DNA of 62,913 bases, the filler included, from Globobulimina sp. (Eukaryota), in assembly GCA_003354225.1 (NCBI GenBank). It is 33 parts of 33 records of this genome, joined end to end, with 100 filler letters (N's around TTAATTAATTAA, not from the genome) between each part and the next. Parts side by side here need not be neighbours in the genome. Positions count along the whole stretch, not along the records: positions 22,924 to 24,733 come from PIVH01011680.1; positions 24,834 to 26,643 come from PIVH01011681.1; positions 26,744 to 28,552 come from PIVH01011682.1; positions 28,653 to 30,461 come from PIVH01011683.1; positions 30,562 to 32,370 come from PIVH01011684.1; positions 32,471 to 34,279 come from PIVH01011685.1; positions 34,380 to 36,188 come from PIVH01011686.1; 26 more parts are not named here. One strand, written 5' to 3'. This document shows, in pieces, positions 23,989-34,849 of the stretch. The position numbers were made by a program, and so were the translations under genes. Position 1 is the stretch's first letter; every line of letters starts with the position of its first letter. The notes below the pieces were generated by a model. It did not search any database, was not told the origin of the DNA, and worked only from the letters and a program-made list of their open reading frames with translations.

Positions 23989-24733
23989 TTAAATACTCAA
24001 AGGTGCAATTTGTTTGGTCCAATAATTTGTCTCTTTAAGATTACCACATTTAATCTCAATATTTCTCTTCTTATTATTTGGTTTATCTCCTTGTTGACAC
24101 ATAGAACATTTCACATCTTTTGCAACATTTAAAAATGTACAAACAGGACAATTCCAGTCTTTTTGTCTCACATCTCGCATAGACACCGTGAATGTTTTCG
24201 CATCTCTAATAAAATGAAATGTGCCTTTCTTAAATTCAATTGCTTGTCTATTATAATTATATTTGAATACCACTCGATTCTCTTTATAATTTGGTACAAT
24301 TTTTGCATCTTTATATTGTCTTTGATTTCCATTTATTGTTATTATCACAGTCCATGTTTTATTTAAATATTCATTGTCATATTTGCTTCCTCTGTCACCT
24401 GAATTTGGCTCAAATACAACTTTATTAACTTTTAAATCATATTCTGTTAAAATTAAAATTCATCCATTTTGCCACCATAAACTTTCTCACCTTCTGTATT
24501 TCCCATTATTGTGACACTAAAAGCCCCGCTCGGTGCACTTCTGCCCGGTTTTACCTCATCGTCAAATACACGGCAGGCGTCAATGCAATATATCCTCGGT
24601 ATGGCTTCCAATTCTTCATCTTTCGAAAAATTCTGCCGAATTCTATTATATTTAATTTTTGAATTATCCGAACATACCAAACTTGTGGCGGTGCCATGGC
24701 CACTCACTGTGATGAAAAGCGCATCGAATTTGG
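23989..24733 (-). pseudogene. Caspase-like peptidase (C14) followed by RanBP2-type zinc finger; frameshift/deletion near 24455
   Basis: FDALFITVSGHG (His) and PRIYCIDACR (Cys). The downstream frame reads ILTEYDLKVNKVVFEPN...WNCPVCTFLN...KCSMC. Confidence 0.7.
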
Positions 24734-24833
24734 NNNNNNNNNNNNNNNNNNNNNNNNNNNNNNNNNNNNNNNNNNNNTTAATTAATTAANNNNNNNNNNN
24801 NNNNNNNNNNNNNNNNNNNNNNNNNNNNNNNNN

Positions 24834-26297
24834 AATATTGGATGATTCAACAAATCCTGATAATAGAAATTTATTACCAAAGAAACGAAGAATTTCAGAA
24901 AATTGCAATCAAGATCTAAATATAAATAATTGTAAATATTGGAAGCTGAAAAACTCATACACTGCCAATGGATACTGGAGTATTTTTAAATTGTGTTTAT
25001 CAATCAAGCGGGATCGAATTGGAGTGGTGTTATCAAGAAAAGCAAACAACAAATTTAAAATCATGATCATAGAAACAAATATTATGAATTCGAAACATAA
25101 AGAAATATGGTCTGAAGAGGGAATAATATCATCTCCAAATCAAATTGCATTAAATGATAAATTAAATGTTTGTATTGTTGCATATCAATGTAATGCCATT
25201 GATTTGTTTAAAATTACAAACTCTCAATCAATATCAAAGGAAAGTATAGCAATAAATGATGGCAAACCTAGTGATCCAAATATTTCATTGATTGGGATAT
25301 TAATTAATAAAATAATATTAATTACAAAGAGAGGGCTGCTTCATCCGCGTATAACAGAATATGATACAAAAACAGGTATTTTAATTTGTATGACGAATAA
25401 ATCGTTTCCGTTTGTATTTTGTTTAAATAAAAGGTACAAAATCTGAATATGCATTAACAAATACAATAAATGTAATCTGTGGCAATGATAATGGTTCTAA
25501 ATATATACTATTACCTCAGTCCAAGAAAGCAAATAAAAATAAAATAATTATTCATGATAATGATAATAACACAATATATGATATCAAGCACGAATTAGGA
25601 ACACTACAAATATTAAAAAGCACAGATTTTGAATCATTGTTTGCTGATAAATATTTAAAAAGAATCATTTTAAAATCAAACGATGCAATGTATTGTTTAC
25701 AAATTGGTAAAAAAACTGAAGTCGAAAATATTAATTTGCAACAACATAATGATGGGTCAACATCATTTGATGTAAATGGAGTTAATGACTCTCCAAAAAC
25801 ATTTATCTGTCACAGTACTTTTCTATTTAAAGAGCGAACACCATCACATTGTAAAATTGGTAATTTTTATAATAGCGATATCCTTATTGGACATAATCAA
25901 AACCAATTGGTTATTTGGAGAATATGTAATCGTCAACAAACCAAAAAAGTTCTTTTGAGGTATTTAGTATTTATGTATCTTTTTAGCTTTAATTTGCTGC
26001 GTCGGAAAATAAAAAATAAAAACAAAACATAGAAGCGCACCAATGTTTGACGAGCTTATTTGTGGCAAGATCAGTGAATATATATCGCAAATACCACAGA
26101 AATTTATCATTACATTTATCGATTGTAATAAGAGACAATTTAGTGTGGAAGGTCTTGATGCTAGACATGGTTTTATTATATTAAGTAATGATGCGGCTGA
26201 ATCATTTGCATTCATATTGGATTATTCATTGATATTAAATCTAGCTAATCAATCACAATGTTTTCGTATGTTTACAATTTGTTTGCCTAAAAAATAA
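24834..26297 (+). CDS. Hypothetical beta-rich protein, multi-exon, partial
   Basis: Successive ORFs separated by short GT..AG segments (~25376-25433, ~25960-26032). Confidence 0.45.
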
Positions 26298-26743
26298 TAT
26301 TTGTTTACCAATTGCTGTTTATATGTCACATGTACAATAATTTCAATTAATATTATTAATTTTAAATTATAATTATACGTTTATGGAGAATGGTTATTCT
26401 GTATATTTTATATGCTGCTTGTTTCTTTTTATAATTTCCCCTTTCCGTAATTTCTAATGTTTTCTTTTCTGTTTTCTAATATTGCTTGTGATTTTTTTAA
26501 CATTTTATTAATTAATTCGCTTTCTCAAGAATTGGGGTATACACTTGGCAACGTTCGTTTTCTATGTAAATGCCGTACAATTAATAAAACCACAAATGAA
26601 AATAATACATGCATACGATTGTCTACTTAGATTGAATTCAGTGNNNNNNNNNNNNNNNNNNNNNNNNNNNNNNNNNNNNNNNNNNNNTTAATTAATTAAN
26701 NNNNNNNNNNNNNNNNNNNNNNNNNNNNNNNNNNNNNNNNNNN

Positions 26744-26848
26744 TCCTCCAGTTACCAATGCTGTTTTAGATGTTGAAGATGTTGAGAAGCGTGCTATTGG
26801 CCGACTTGATTGTGTTGCGTTGAATATTTTATTTACTGATCGTAACAT
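26744..26848 (-). CDS. Short-chain dehydrogenase N-terminus with mitochondrial-type presequence (partial)
   Basis: MLRSVNKIF...ARFSTSS followed by KTALVTGG (start of the Rossmann motif). Confidence 0.65.
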
Positions 26849-26892
26849 GTTTATTGATCGCTTCGTTACAGTAAGTTTTTTAATTAGCAAAA

Positions 26893-27942
26893 ATGGTTGA
26901 TTTTGACTGGTACAGCATGACGCCGTCAGGGAGAGCTTTTACACAAATTCATTTAATTGTTGCGCTGGCTATTACATGCTTTGTATTTGGCACTGGATTT
27001 ATGGCGATTCAGTTTTTTTGGGGGAGTTCTGGTAAAAAAAAGATCAACTCCATTGTTTTTGTAGTAAAAGAAGTAACTGCTTATCATCAGACATTAGCAT
27101 TTATTAAACAATTGAAAAAAACTGAAGCATTGGATGCCATCATAGTGTGTGGAGGAGGCAGACCATCAAAAGTAGCTGAACCACCATTATATGTTCAATC
27201 ACGCTGCGATATATCTGTGTTACTATACAATCATTCAAAACAATATTTTGGTAAAAATAAACTGCCAAAAATATTATGTGTGTCTGGCGGCACTGCCCAT
27301 ACTCCGCAGTTATTGCATAACTCCACAAAATTGCCAGTCTGGGAATCATATTCCAGCGCTACATATATTTTGCAAAAATATTCATCATTTGTGGACGCCA
27401 AAGATGTTTATATGGAAACTGCAAGTTATGATACCATCGGAAATGCATATTTTGCAAAGATATTATTCTCCGATGTGTTGCAATGGAAAAATATAGCAGT
27501 TATTACCAATGATTGGCACATCGAAAGAACGAAGGCAATCTTTGAATGGATCTATTCTCTGTCAACAAAGCATGGTTATACTACCAATATGGTGTTTGTT
27601 TCTGTTCTATCAAATTCGAATAAGGATTTGACAAAATCTGCGCGGAAAGCCAGAGTTGAGCGGGAACAAAAATCATTGAAAAATGTTTATAGATTACAGG
27701 AAAAATATAATACATTGACTAAACTGCATGAATTCATATTTACGGAACATTCAATGTATTCGTGTTCAAACACCGACGGAAAGAATAATAAAAAGGCCAA
27801 TTCAAAAGAAGCTGATGAAAGATTAATGGCAGCATATGGATCCAAAGCAATTGGTGATAATGTCACCGAAATGTTTGAAAATATAAAGAAAAATTATCAA
27901 AATGAGTCCACTAATCGCTTTAAAAAAATACAACAAAGATAA
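26893..27942 (+). CDS. DUF218/YdcF-family protein with N-terminal TM
   Basis: DAIIVCGGG, CVSGGT, E..SYDTIGNAYF and VITNDWHIERTKAIF. Confidence 0.88.
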   Translation: MVDFDWYSMTPSGRAFTQIHLIVALAITCFVFGTGFMAIQFFWGSSGKKKINSIVFVVKEVTAYHQTLAFIKQLKKTEALDAIIVCGGGRPSKVAEPPLYVQSRCDISVLLYNHSKQYFGKNKLPKILCVSGGTAHTPQLLHNSTKLPVWESYSSATYILQKYSSFVDAKDVYMETASYDTIGNAYFAKILFSDVLQWKNIAVITNDWHIERTKAIFEWIYSLSTKHGYTTNMVFVSVLSNSNKDLTKSARKARVEREQKSLKNVYRLQEKYNTLTKLHEFIFTEHSMYSCSNTDGKNNKKANSKEADERLMAAYGSKAIGDNVTEMFENIKKNYQNESTNRFKKIQQR

Positions 27943-27998
27943 AATTTTATTTAAGATTTTCTTGCTCAGCAAGTACACTCTATGACTCAAACTGTATC

Positions 27999-28349
27999 AT
28001 GACACATTCATCCACTGATTCCACTCAAGCATCAAATGACGGGCAAGAAAACGTATTATCATTAAATGGATCAATCGGAGATAATTTCGTTGTGATGGTA
28101 TCTTCAATATTCATACATTGCTTTGTCGGGATGTTTTGTATTATAATATTTGTATTATGGCATCGTTGTGGCCCTAATAAACGACTGGAATTTGATGAAA
28201 CGCCCGGAGGCAAATCAAAATCAGCAGACATTGAGTTATGTAATGCTGAAGAAACATTTTTACTCCATGTTAATGCTGAAAATGTATCAAATCAAGATCT
28301 AGAGGAGGAACATAGTGATAATATATATCCATTAAAAGTAAATTTATAG
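27999..28349 (+). CDS. Small single-TM hypothetical protein
   Basis: One TM helix and an acidic tail. Confidence 0.4.
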   Translation: MTHSSTDSTQASNDGQENVLSLNGSIGDNFVVMVSSIFIHCFVGMFCIIIFVLWHRCGPNKRLEFDETPGGKSKSADIELCNAEETFLLHVNAENVSNQDLEEEHSDNIYPLKVNL

Positions 28350-28652
28350 AATTTGTGTATTGTTTTTTTGTGTTCTATGCAGAGCTGAAATTATATTTTT
28401 GCTCACAATATACAGAATTGCAAGTGAATGATATTTTGTTCGGCATTGTTATTTATAAACATTCATTTGTTTCTTTTTCTCCTTTCAATATTTTTCATTG
28501 TTGATGCTATCATTTCTTCTTTCGTTTCTCAAAAATAATTGCAGATCCTCACNNNNNNNNNNNNNNNNNNNNNNNNNNNNNNNNNNNNNNNNNNNNTTAA
28601 TTAATTAANNNNNNNNNNNNNNNNNNNNNNNNNNNNNNNNNNNNNNNNNNNN

Positions 28653-30461
28653 TGTTTGTCTAGGGCAGCTTCAAGGTTAATTTCATCACAATCAAGAACT
28701 TGCGCGAATATTTCAGTGTATACTAAATAAAATGTTTTTAGTATTCTTATTTTGTCTCTTAGTGAAATGAAGTTGTGATTAAAATCTAATTGCGCCAGCA
28801 TGCGTGCTTTCTGGTCAAGTTTGTTGAGGAAAACATTGTTTGTGCACTGTGTTGAGACGAGGTTGGAACGATCAAAAGTGCAGAGGTGGGCACCTAAATA
28901 GCGCAAAAAGGTGACACGGCGTAACGGTTTGTTGTTCATTAAACAGGAAAAGTGCATTTTGGATATAGGCCAGCTATCATCGCGTATTACATTATCCCAC
29001 ATTATGTGGAAAGGTTTATCGGAGATTTTATGTTGATAATAGCTGTAATGTGTTTTGAAGGCTTCGAGTATTTCTGTTGGGATTTCAGTGTCATGATAGG
29101 TGCAGACGTATCCATCAATATTAATGGCCATTGAGCGTATAGAGCCAGTACGTTGTATTAGGACCATCGGAGCCTGTTTATCATTGACTGCGTTTAACTT
29201 TGTATGGTATTCTGCGGTTATGGCTTGTTTCTGTGTGGCATTATAATGGTGTAAGTTGTTGGTTGTCACGGATGGATCATTATAAATTATGGTTTTGCAT
29301 TTATTGGCATTGAAAGTGTACGCCCATTTTTTGCTGTGCTTTTCGCAGATTTGTAATAGTTTGGATAGATTATCAATGGAGTTAGCAACAAGGACAACAT
29401 CATCAGCATAGAAGATACATGAAATCAATTGGTTTGGATCTGGCGAAGTCGCTCCACACTCAGAGGCTTGCAATTCAGTGATCATGTCATCAATGAAGGC
29501 GGCAAATAGGATGGGACTGAGCACGGATCCTTGGAGCACTCCATTGTGCAATTGGAAGAGTTGGGTTATGAATGGTATGGCTCTTATGGCAGAGTGAGAA
29601 TTGTTGTATATCGCTTGGATGATTTTGCAAATATTGACAGGAATATTGAAGTGTTGATGCAGTTTGTAGAGGAGGCCTTTTCTCCAGACAGTATCGAAGG
29701 CTTTGCGGATGTCAAGCGATGCGCAGTACAGAGGTTTGCGTTGAATCGTGGCGGTTTCAGAGACGAGGTGCAATGTACCAAGTTGTTCTGGAACACCCCG
29801 TTTGGCTCTGTTGCCGCCTTGTAAAATATGTAGGCTCTTTCTAAAATTATGCTTGATATTCATGCGCCACAGAACCAATCGCTCATAGGCTTTGAATATT
29901 AGGGGGAGTAAAGTGATGGGGCGGTAATGGTTTGGTGTATCGCCATCTGGCTGTTTTAATATGGATATCACCGAACCTAGACGGCAGTAATAAGGGATTA
30001 TATATGTACTGTTCCAGGTATTAAACATCACACAAAGTAGTTGATTTATCACATCATTGTTTATGCTGAGATGCGGTGATTTAATTCCATCGTAACCCGG
30101 CGCAGAATTGGCATTTGCAAACTGCAGTGCCATTTCTACAGAGGAGTATTTTAAATAAGGGTCCTCCTCACTGTCTGAGTGATTATCAGGAGAGGAATAG
30201 CCAGAATTGTGTATGTCTGCAGATGGGGGTTTGTTGGGGGAAATGTTGGTGTCATTGTCTATGTTGCCGAGGGAATAATTGTATTCTGTGTGAAACATTT
30301 CGTTCTGTTCAGTTTCGAGTCGATCAATGTGGGATGGGTCATAGTGCGGGATCGTTTGGGTGCTTTCATGGAAGATCCAATTTTCATGGTCGTTGGGGAT
30401 AGATTCTAAGGGCGGGGGTGGAGGATCTGGTTCATTTTCAGTTGGCTTGGAAGGGATGAAT
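28653..30461 (-). mobile_element. Non-LTR retrotransposon ORF fragment (reverse transcriptase)
   Basis: APGYDGI, YRPITLL, DIRKAFDTV, GVLQGSVLSPILF, YADD and RYLG. Confidence 0.93.
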
Positions 30462-30561
30462 NNNNNNNNNNNNNNNNNNNNNNNNNNNNNNNNNNNNNNN
30501 NNNNNTTAATTAATTAANNNNNNNNNNNNNNNNNNNNNNNNNNNNNNNNNNNNNNNNNNNN

Positions 30562-32370
30562 TGAAAATGTTTTCAATAATTAGTTTTGTTTCGTTATATC
30601 GCGGATAATTGAGTCCATTTATGAATTGGAGCACAGGTAAATTATCAACATAGATTTTATAGTGAATTGTATCATTATTGCAGCGAATTTATTTATCGAC
30701 TAATATAATTATTTATTTTGCATAAATAAAAACAATATACATCGAGGCAATTGGTTCAATATTTAGGATAAATTGCAGAATATCAATAGGTGTATCTAAT
30801 CGACATGGAATTGCTAATCGGAGGAACTTATTTTGGAGGGTTTCAAGTAAATTTTTAGAATCATATGGATAATAATGAGTTAATCCATACTCAATTCTGG
30901 ATCTTGCCAATGATTTATAAAGGACCGCAATGGATAATGGGGTTAATTTTATACCGGATTTAATAGTAAAATATAATCGCCAGAAACTACGCATAGTTTT
31001 GGCCCGGATTTTATCAAAATGCGCATGGAAATTCAATCTCTCATCAAACCACAGTCCCAGGTATCTGGCAGTATGTTCATATTGGATTGGGATCGAATGG
31101 ACATTATATTTACTTATTTTAATTGATTTATGTGTATTAGGATCGACTTTTATTGTATATTTAGGATAGTATTTGATAGGATTTCCATGGGAGAAGTTCA
31201 TGGATGTACATTTTGAAGGATTGATCATAAGTTGCCATTTATCACACCAATTACTGAAATTATCAAGTTCTTTTTGGAGGAATTTATATCGGAGAGGGTC
31301 TTTTGTACCGGGGCTGGTCCAAAATGCTGTATCATCAGCAAAACAAGCAAAATGGACAAAGTTCGGGAATTTTAGATTAAAGTCATTTGTAAAAATTATG
31401 TAGAGTATGGGGGAGAGAGCAGAGCCCTGTGGGACTCCAATTGGCTGCGCAACCCAATTTGACTCTGCTTTCTTAGCAATGACTTTTGTAAAACGTGTTT
31501 GAATGAATGAAGCTAATACATTTAATATATTTCCTTTTATATTATTTTTAATTAATTTATATATTAAACCATTATGCCACACACTATCATATGCTTTCGA
31601 AAAGTCCGTGAAAACAACATCCGTTTCACTGACCATATCGAATGAAGTTTGTATGTCGGTTATAAACGTTGTCAGTACGTCATCGCAACATCTATTTATC
31701 TGAAAGCCACATTGATAGTTATCAAATATTTTATTCGTTACACAAAAATGCTGAAGTCTTTTTGCGAGTATTTTCTCAAAAACTCTACCTAGGCACGACG
31801 AGACCGCAATGGGTCGGTAGTTTCTAGGGTTACTATGGTCTTTATATGGCTTTGGTATTGGAAGAAGGTGAGAAAAGTTCCAATATCCAGGGAACACACC
31901 TTTATCCAGGCATTTATTGAACAGCGGAAGGAGGCAATTTATCAGTATTTCACCGCCATGTTTTATCATTTGGTTGTGAATTCTATCTGGTCCGTACGCT
32001 TTATGAGTGTCCAGATCACGTATAACTGACCGGATTTCGTACGAAAGAATGGGATCGTTTAGTATTTGATAATTATTATTCATTATAGGGATTTCCGTAT
32101 CAATTCTCGATGGGTTCACAGTATTTGTTTGGGTATTTTGGTTTCGTTTATCCCGCATTATATCATTTCTGTCATTTAGGTCAATCGATATTGTTTCTCT
32201 GTTATTTTTTAGGTAATTTGGAACATATTCATTAATATATTGATGCCAATTTTTATGAATTTGGCTTGATTTAGGTTTAGGAGGTTTCGTCATGGCCTCT
32301 TGGAGCATTTTAGCCTGTTTATGAGGGTCAGTGATATTTGAGTCATTTTTAAAGGTCAATGCGGGAATAT
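30562..32370 (-). mobile_element. Second non-LTR retrotransposon fragment (RT), joined to an RNase H-like remnant
   Basis: KAYGPDRI, YRPIAVSS, DFSKAYDSVWH, GVPQGSALSP, FADD and RYLG; IYVDNLPVLQFI fragment at ~30562-30688. Confidence 0.93.
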
Positions 32371-32470
32371 NNNNNNNNNNNNNNNNNNNNNNNNNNNNNN
32401 NNNNNNNNNNNNNNTTAATTAATTAANNNNNNNNNNNNNNNNNNNNNNNNNNNNNNNNNNNNNNNNNNNN

Positions 32471-33208
32471 ATCATGAATATTGTTATTATTTTGCAATAC
32501 GAGATTGAAGAAAATCATGATCAGCAATGTGCTGACGACGCAGCTATAGGTTTTGCGAGTATTATTGAACCATTTACTGCGGAATGGATTGGTGATTTGG
32601 ATGTATTGATTGATATTAATATTACAATCTGGAATGATGAAGCAAACGAAATGATAGTAATTACGTATGAAAGCTCTTCAACATCAGACGCGTCATTGGA
32701 GGAATTGAATTCAATTATAACTTCTAGCAAATTTAAACAGAAATTAATTGAGCAGTTGGAAGATAATGATAGCAATGCAGATGGTGATTGTTTTAAATTT
32801 TTAGATGTGAATAACAAAGATGATGGACAGGGACAGGGTATAGGTATAAATGTATTTGACTTTGATTTCGCAAACTATGGAACCACTGAAATTTTAGTGG
32901 TGGTTTTAGCCGGATTGATATGTTTAATATGTTTATGGATATTAATATATTTAGTAATGAAGAAAAAACAATGTAGGAAAGAAGGGAAACATAAAAAAAC
33001 AGCAACTGTTGAATTTGGTGAATTTGGTGGTTTAGGAATTAGACAAATATCTATAAATGATAAAGCCGATGCATTATTTGCGGAAGCATTAAGTGTTACG
33101 AATGAAAGAAAATTATCACAAATGAGTGTTCCTAGACATGTGGTAAATGCTACGCCGTCTGCCTCCGATTTGCCATTACCAGATACAAATGATGTTTATT
33201 ATATATAA
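32471..33208 (+). CDS. Single-pass membrane protein, C-terminal part
   Basis: Acidic ectodomain, TM ILVVVLAGLICLICLWILIYLV, then MKKK. Confidence 0.6.
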   Translation: MMNIVIILQYEIEENHDQQCADDAAIGFASIIEPFTAEWIGDLDVLIDINITIWNDEANEMIVITYESSSTSDASLEELNSIITSSKFKQKLIEQLEDNDSNADGDCFKFLDVNNKDDGQGQGIGINVFDFDFANYGTTEILVVVLAGLICLICLWILIYLVMKKKQCRKEGKHKKTATVEFGEFGGLGIRQISINDKADALFAEALSVTNERKLSQMSVPRHVVNATPSASDLPLPDTNDVYYI

Positions 33209-33361
33209 AGTTATATCCAGAAAATGTTTTTGTTGTTACTTCTACATATTTTTATTTTGTCTTTTTGTCTCCAATCTGTCAGCATGGAGTCGGACTTTAA
33301 TAAACCCGATTGATTCACTGTCATCTGCAAAGCCACATAGATATTTTCAATTGTTTACTTC

Positions 33362-33401
33362 TTTCTGATGAAGACCTCCTTTATGGGGTCGAAACGTCAA
33401 A
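33362..33401 (+). ncRNA. Minimal type I hammerhead ribozyme motif (Penelope-like-element type)
   Basis: CTGATGA(33365-71) A GACCTC-cttTAT-GGGGTC GAAA(33391-94) CGTC: complete core, 6-bp stem II, palindromic ACGT in place of stem III. Confidence 0.78.
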
Positions 33402-33819
33402 CATTGTAAATTTAGCTAGTTAGATCAACTCCACAGACTATAGCAAAGCCACAGACTTTTTGATTGCATATACATGACCAGAGAGAAGAGAAATCCACGC
33501 TCCTGGCATGCAATGCACTAAGTGATCTTCGAAAATAGTTAGTTGGCATATAAAGATTTTTTAACACAATATAATAGTTACAGTAATGTTCCCGATAAGA
33601 TATACACATATTAGTACTCATATAGATATTCATATGGTTGACCTGTCAAGGAATCATATATGCTCATATATATATTATATAACTCCAAAAAAATAAGGAA
33701 TATGGTATATTGTTAGTCTTATATTGCCTATTTTTCATTAGACTACTGCCAACTAACTTTTTTTCTCGATCCATAACTTAAAACTTCAATTACATGGCAC
33801 TTACGCTTTAGTTTGCCAA

Positions 33820-33890
33820 CTTTAAATCGGTTTCCCATTAATGAATTTAACCCAATTTAGTATTAAATTCATATGAAAACCGATTCAAAG
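33820..33890. repeat. Imperfect ~28-bp inverted repeat (MITE-like hairpin)
   Basis: CTTTAAATCGGTTTCCCATTAATGAATTTAA, a 12-nt loop, then TTAAATTCATATGAAAACCGATTCAAAG. Confidence 0.7.
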
Positions 33891-34379
33891 CAATCTAAAA
33901 ATCGCCTCTCCAGATTTAATATACATAATACGAATGCGTATCAATACACTGAAAGCAAAACATGTCACAGCCTACGAAGGGATTACGCCGTTCGCCGCAT
34001 GCTTTGCCCAAACCGAAACTATAAATTAAATGAGAGATCGGTGGTGTGTCCCACCGCAACAAAAACATATTATGTTGGCCCACATTATCCAATTTATTGT
34101 AATGAAAGAAGATTTGTGTTCAAATCCCTATCATTACATTTTTTATTTTTCCCAAACAAAACTACTATTTTGTGTTTGTGTTTGTGTTTCTGTTGTATGT
34201 TTGAGTATACAATATTTTCTCAGATAACTTCAAAAACACACATTCTCCATCAAAAAAGACATAAAAAAATTGTAAAACANNNNNNNNNNNNNNNNNNNNN
34301 NNNNNNNNNNNNNNNNNNNNNNNTTAATTAATTAANNNNNNNNNNNNNNNNNNNNNNNNNNNNNNNNNNNNNNNNNNNN

Positions 34380-34847
34380 AGGCTCCCCTTTTTCTTTCGC
34401 CCTTCCTCGTTTTTCAAAGTCCCCCCGGCACCCCGTGCCCCGCGCTCCGAACTCCTCGGCAAGCAACCCGCGCTTGCAATGGGGACATACGACCGCCTTG
34501 CGCCCGCTCCAGGCGGTGGCCAGCTTTTTCGCGGCGATACGGTGCAAGTTGGCGTTTTTGGCCGCTGTTGCCGTCGCATAGAGCCGTTTCGCCGCCCGCG
34601 TCATTTTCTCAAATCTATTTGCCAGCACCATAAACGCGTCATACCCTTCGACGGTGCGCTTGCAATCACGGCACCAAATACGCCGTTCATAGGTATCATA
34701 GGACAATCGCAAATGATGGCAGCGAGTGGGCCTTTTTGAAAAGCCGCGCTCTAGCCGGACCCCGGCCAAATCTACAACAACCGCGTCAAATTCGGGCCTT
34801 GAATCAATCGGCTCATCCCCGCCCCCGTCTGTAATCATGATACTCAA
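34380..34847 (-). CDS. Phage-type hypothetical protein with two CxxC pairs (3'-partial)
   Basis: GC-rich contig; CHHLRLSYD..ERRIWCRDC and CPHCKRGL; starts 2 nt after the upstream stop. Confidence 0.6.
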
Positions 34848-34849
34848 TC

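Noticed and set aside
27811-27830. Other CTGATGA matches as hammerheads
   Set aside because: They are inside coding sequence, with no stem II followed by GAAA.
28653-33401. Two RTs plus the hammerhead as one retroelement, retron or DGR system
   Set aside because: They lie on three separate contigs. The RTs are LINE-type, not Penelope, retron or DGR type, and no template/variable repeat pair is visible.
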